A stretch of DNA of 64,000 bases from NCBI GenBank assembly GCA_947259095.1, contig CAMYLA010000001.1:26586-90585 (forward strand), given 5' to 3'. The notes under the pieces are model-generated. The model searched no databases and was not told the DNA's origin. It saw nothing but the letters and a program-made list of their open reading frames with translations. Every line of letters starts with the position of its first letter. Positions within the stretch are counted from its first letter, which is position 1. Positions 61,084 to 64,000 of the stretch are shown here, piece by piece. The translations under genes and the position numbers were made by a program. Origin of the DNA: an uncultured Acidimicrobiaceae bacterium (lineage in GTDB: Bacteria; Actinomycetota; Acidimicrobiia; Acidimicrobiales; SZUA-35).

Positions 61084-62859
61084 TCATGTCGCAGGCTCCT
61101 CGATCGGCGCCGCGGTCAGCCGAGGCCGGGGCCACAGCCTCGGCAGGAAGTCGATCAGCCCGGCCCGCCGCTTCTGCTCGGTGACGAACGGGTCGGGGGC
61201 CGGGTACTCCTCGGACTGAGGGGCCAGGTGATGGGGATTGTCGTAGGGGTCATCGGTGATGACACTGCGCCAGCGCTCGTGGAGCAGGGCCAGTTCCCGG
61301 TCGTCGATCTTCGGGTCCCGGCTCGAGGCCTCGTAGTGGGTCAACACGATCTCGGGATCGACCACGGTCCGGTGCCCGAGGTCGTCGAGCTTGAGGCACA
61401 GGTCCACGTCGTTGTAGCTCGATGGGAACTCGGGCGAGAAGCCACCGACCAGGCGGAACTTCTCGGCCGAAACAGCCAGGCAGGCCCCGGTCACCGCAAG
61501 GCAGTTCTGGGGAACCAGCAGGCTGTCCATATAGCCGGGATGGTCGGCCGGACATCGTTCGTAGCGGTGGCTGGGGTGCCCTCCCCTGGTCCAGATCCCG
61601 GCGTGTTGGATTCGCCCGTTGCCGTAGTGGAGTCGGGCCCCGACCGCCCCGATGTCGGGTTGGAAACCGTACATGGTCAGCCGTTCGAGCCAGTTCCCGG
61701 TCTCGACCACGGTGTCGTCGTTGAGGAAGACCAGGAACTCGCCGGTGGCGGCGACCGCACCTCGGTTGCAGGCGTTGGAGAAGTTGAACGGGCGGTCATC
61801 GCGGCAGAAGCGGATGGTCGGCTGACGGTTTGGCGGGTGGGCGTCGACGGTCGACAGGACCTGGGCCGCCAAGTCCGGTGGCGCCCCCGGCGTGACGACG
61901 AGCACCAACTCGTAGTCGGGGTGAGACGTCTTGGCGATCACGCTGTCGATGGCCTGGAGACACAGCACCGTGGGGCGGCCATCGATCGTCCGTTGGGAAC
62001 CGTTGGTCGGCATGATGATGCTGACCGAAGGCGGGGAGACCAGCTCCGGATCGAAGCGGATCAGGTCATCGCCGGCTGCGTCGGCCCTGACCCGAGCCGG
62101 AAAACCGGTCTCGTCGAGCAGGCGCTGGGCGGCCGCGGCAGCGGACACCGGGGCATTGGGTACTTGGGCAATGACCGTGCTCGATACCGGCTGCGCCGCC
62201 GACTCGCCGGACGCCGCCAGCGGCACCAGGAACAGCAGGTGGGGAATATGGGCGATGGTCCCGCTGAGGGCGGTCATCGTCATGGCCGACTCGTGGCTCG
62301 GTGGGGCGGTGATGGTGGCATCGATACCGGTTGATCTTGCCGATGCGCTCTCGGCCACCGACCGGGACACCAGGAACATCTCTCCCAGATACATCTGGGC
62401 CCGGAGGCGGTCCGGTGAGTACCCGGGGCGGTGGTGGGGCTCGGCCAGCCGGACCGGATCCCCGGTGCGGTACCCGGTGCTGTCGAAGTAGGCGAAATCG
62501 ACGCCGGGGTTGTGGACGATCATGTCGTGGATGACGTCGAACGCGTCGACGGCCAGCATGCAGTCGGCCGGGACGAAGACCAGGTGCTCGGCGCCGGTGG
62601 CCTCCCAGCTCTCCACCGGCCGTGGCCTGCGGGTTGCGGCACCGGCATCCGGGGTGGGCTGGGGGCCGCCGGGCAGGCCTGAGGCGTCAAAGCTGGGCTC
62701 CCGGCCGACGTCGCCGCCCCGGTCGACGACGACCACCTCGGTCCAGCCGTCGAGATCGTCCCACCGCCGGTCGAGCGCTGCCGGTCCGGACCGGCCGGAC
62801 GGGTCGGATCGTTCGGGGCAGATCACCAGCGCCACGGTTGGCGTCCCGTCACCGGTCAC
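61084..62859 (-). CDS. Glycosyltransferase family 2 (two domains, N-terminal one degenerate)
   Basis: VSIIMPT, FNFSNACN, FLNDD, AVTGACL, YNDVDLCL, HYEASSR. Confidence 0.9.
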   Translation of the reverse strand: MTGDGTPTVALVICPERSDPSGRSGPAALDRRWDDLDGWTEVVVVDRGGDVGREPSFDASGLPGGPQPTPDAGAATRRPRPVESWEATGAEHLVFVPADCMLAVDAFDVIHDMIVHNPGVDFAYFDSTGYRTGDPVRLAEPHHRPGYSPDRLRAQMYLGEMFLVSRSVAESASARSTGIDATITAPPSHESAMTMTALSGTIAHIPHLLFLVPLAASGESAAQPVSSTVIAQVPNAPVSAAAAAQRLLDETGFPARVRADAAGDDLIRFDPELVSPPSVSIIMPTNGSQRTIDGRPTVLCLQAIDSVIAKTSHPDYELVLVVTPGAPPDLAAQVLSTVDAHPPNRQPTIRFCRDDRPFNFSNACNRGAVAATGEFLVFLNDDTVVETGNWLERLTMYGFQPDIGAVGARLHYGNGRIQHAGIWTRGGHPSHRYERCPADHPGYMDSLLVPQNCLAVTGACLAVSAEKFRLVGGFSPEFPSSYNDVDLCLKLDDLGHRTVVDPEIVLTHYEASSRDPKIDDRELALLHERWRSVITDDPYDNPHHLAPQSEEYPAPDPFVTEQKRRAGLIDFLPRLWPRPRLTAAPIEEPAT

Positions 62860-63338
62860 GGGCTGGTCACCGATCGACGGATCGCCCCCAGAAGCTGTCG
62901 AAACGCGGTGCCGGGTCCCAGCGGTCGGCCGGCCGGTTCCACGCCCCCGCTGCCCCCGCTGCCGGCGTCGTCGCCGAGCCCGGTCTCGCCGGTCGGCTGC
63001 TGCTCGACAAGGATCTCCTTGAGCTGGCGCAGCTCGGTCTCCCTGACATGGAGCCGGTACAGGACCTCCTGGGTCTCGGCCTTGGCCTGGGCCGCCACCG
63101 CCCTGGCCCCCAGCACGGCATCGACGGAGTTCAGGCTCTTCTCCTGCTCGATCCGAAGCCGACGCCGAAGGTCATCGATGACCGCCCGGGGGTCCGGTGG
63201 CGTCTCGTCGGCCGGACCGATGAAGCGGCCCTCCGATGCGATGCGAGGTCGATCGGACCGGCTGGTCTCCGGCTCGGTCTCACCGATCAGCATCGGAGCG
63301 GGCCGACGCCTGTCGACCCCGTCGTTGCGACCGGCCAT
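62856..63338 (-). CDS. Hypothetical coiled-coil protein
   Basis: Start overlaps the rfbB stop and stop overlaps the GT2 start; helical core LRRRLRIEQE...ELRQLKEIL. Confidence 0.65.
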   Translation of the reverse strand: MAGRNDGVDRRRPAPMLIGETEPETSRSDRPRIASEGRFIGPADETPPDPRAVIDDLRRRLRIEQEKSLNSVDAVLGARAVAAQAKAETQEVLYRLHVRETELRQLKEILVEQQPTGETGLGDDAGSGGSGGVEPAGRPLGPGTAFRQLLGAIRRSVTSP

Positions 63339-64000
63339 CAGCGCACCTCCTCCAGCAGCCCAAGCCTGGCGCCTCCGAACTCGCGGGCCATCAACGGCTC
63401 CCACCACCCCTGGTTCGCCAGATACCAGTCGACGGTTTCGGCCAGGCCGGCGTCGAAGTCCCGGCGGGGACGCCAGCCGAGCTCGGAGCGGATACGGGAG
63501 CTGTCGACCGCGTATCGCACATCGTGGCCCGGTCGATCGGTGACGAACTGGATGAGGCTGCGACGGTCGAGCGAATCGCCGGCCGCGGCGCCGATCGCCT
63601 CGCAGATCAACTGGACGACCTCGATGTTGGTCCGCTCGCTGTCACCGCCGATGGCGTAGGTCCGGCCGGCCGAGCCGCGCTCCAGGACCGCCAGCAGTGC
63701 CTCGGCGTGGTCTGCGACATGCAGCCAGTCCCGAACGTTGAGCCCCAGCCCGTACACCGGCAGCTCCTCGCCCCGCCAGGCCTTGATGATCATCAACGGG
63801 ATCATCTTCTCCGGGAACTGGAACGGCCCGTAGTTGTTGGAGCAGTTCGTGACCGAGATCGGCAACCCGTAGGTTTCACCCCAGGCCCGGACCAGGTGGT
63901 CGGACGCCGCCTTGGTTGCGGAGTACGGCGAGCGGGGGCTGTAGTTGGTTTCCTCATCGAAGGGACCGTCCCCCGGCTCCAGCGAGCCGAAGACCTCGTC
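63338..64000 (-). CDS. rfbB: dTDP-glucose 4,6-dehydratase (5' part outside the window)
   Basis: DEVFGSL, SPYSATK, NCSNNYGPFQFPEK, RDWLHV, DRPGHDVRY. Confidence 0.96.
   Translation of the reverse strand, partial: DEVFGSLEPGDGPFDEETNYSPRSPYSATKAASDHLVRAWGETYGLPISVTNCSNNYGPFQFPEKMIPLMIIKAWRGEELPVYGLGLNVRDWLHVADHAEALLAVLERGSAGRTYAIGGDSERTNIEVVQLICEAIGAAAGDSLDRRSLIQFVTDRPGHDVRYAVDSSRIRSELGWRPRRDFDAGLAETVDWYLANQGWWEPLMAREFGGARLGLLEEVR

Overview
High-GC actinobacterial chromosome segment, most like class Acidimicrobiia by gene content and synteny (inferred, not searched). About 56 genes, mostly core. 1-38 kb is the conserved minus-strand actinobacterial block: mshC-like, plsC, thrS, HIT, pgsA, patA, pimA, pdxST, yebC, ruvCAB, queA, tgt, yajC, secDF, rel, hisS, aspS, rarA, alaS, ruvX, mltG, with several inserted genes. 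38-52 kb holds fabI, an APH-kinase fusion, two M23 peptidases, two CNNM proteins, birA/accA, a broken Na+/H+ antiporter-USP locus and lpdA. 52-64 kb is a surface-polysaccharide locus (GT4, wzt/wzm, rfbBCDA, GT2) interrupted by methylmalonyl-CoA mutase and meaB. I saw no tRNA, rRNA, CRISPR, IS or prophage, and I cannot support a clear-cut novel multi-gene system. The best oddities are: a Tgt lacking its zinc cysteines; an HtpX-like protein lacking HEXXH next to DUF3048; an ATP-grasp-like orphan between rel and hisS; an antiporter-USP locus with two internal deletions; short tandem repeats copying stop-codon regions; a LexA-like box over the leaderless ruvC start; and pervasive leaderless promoters. 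Many start coordinates were trimmed from the ORF track using motifs, overlaps and -10 spacing.
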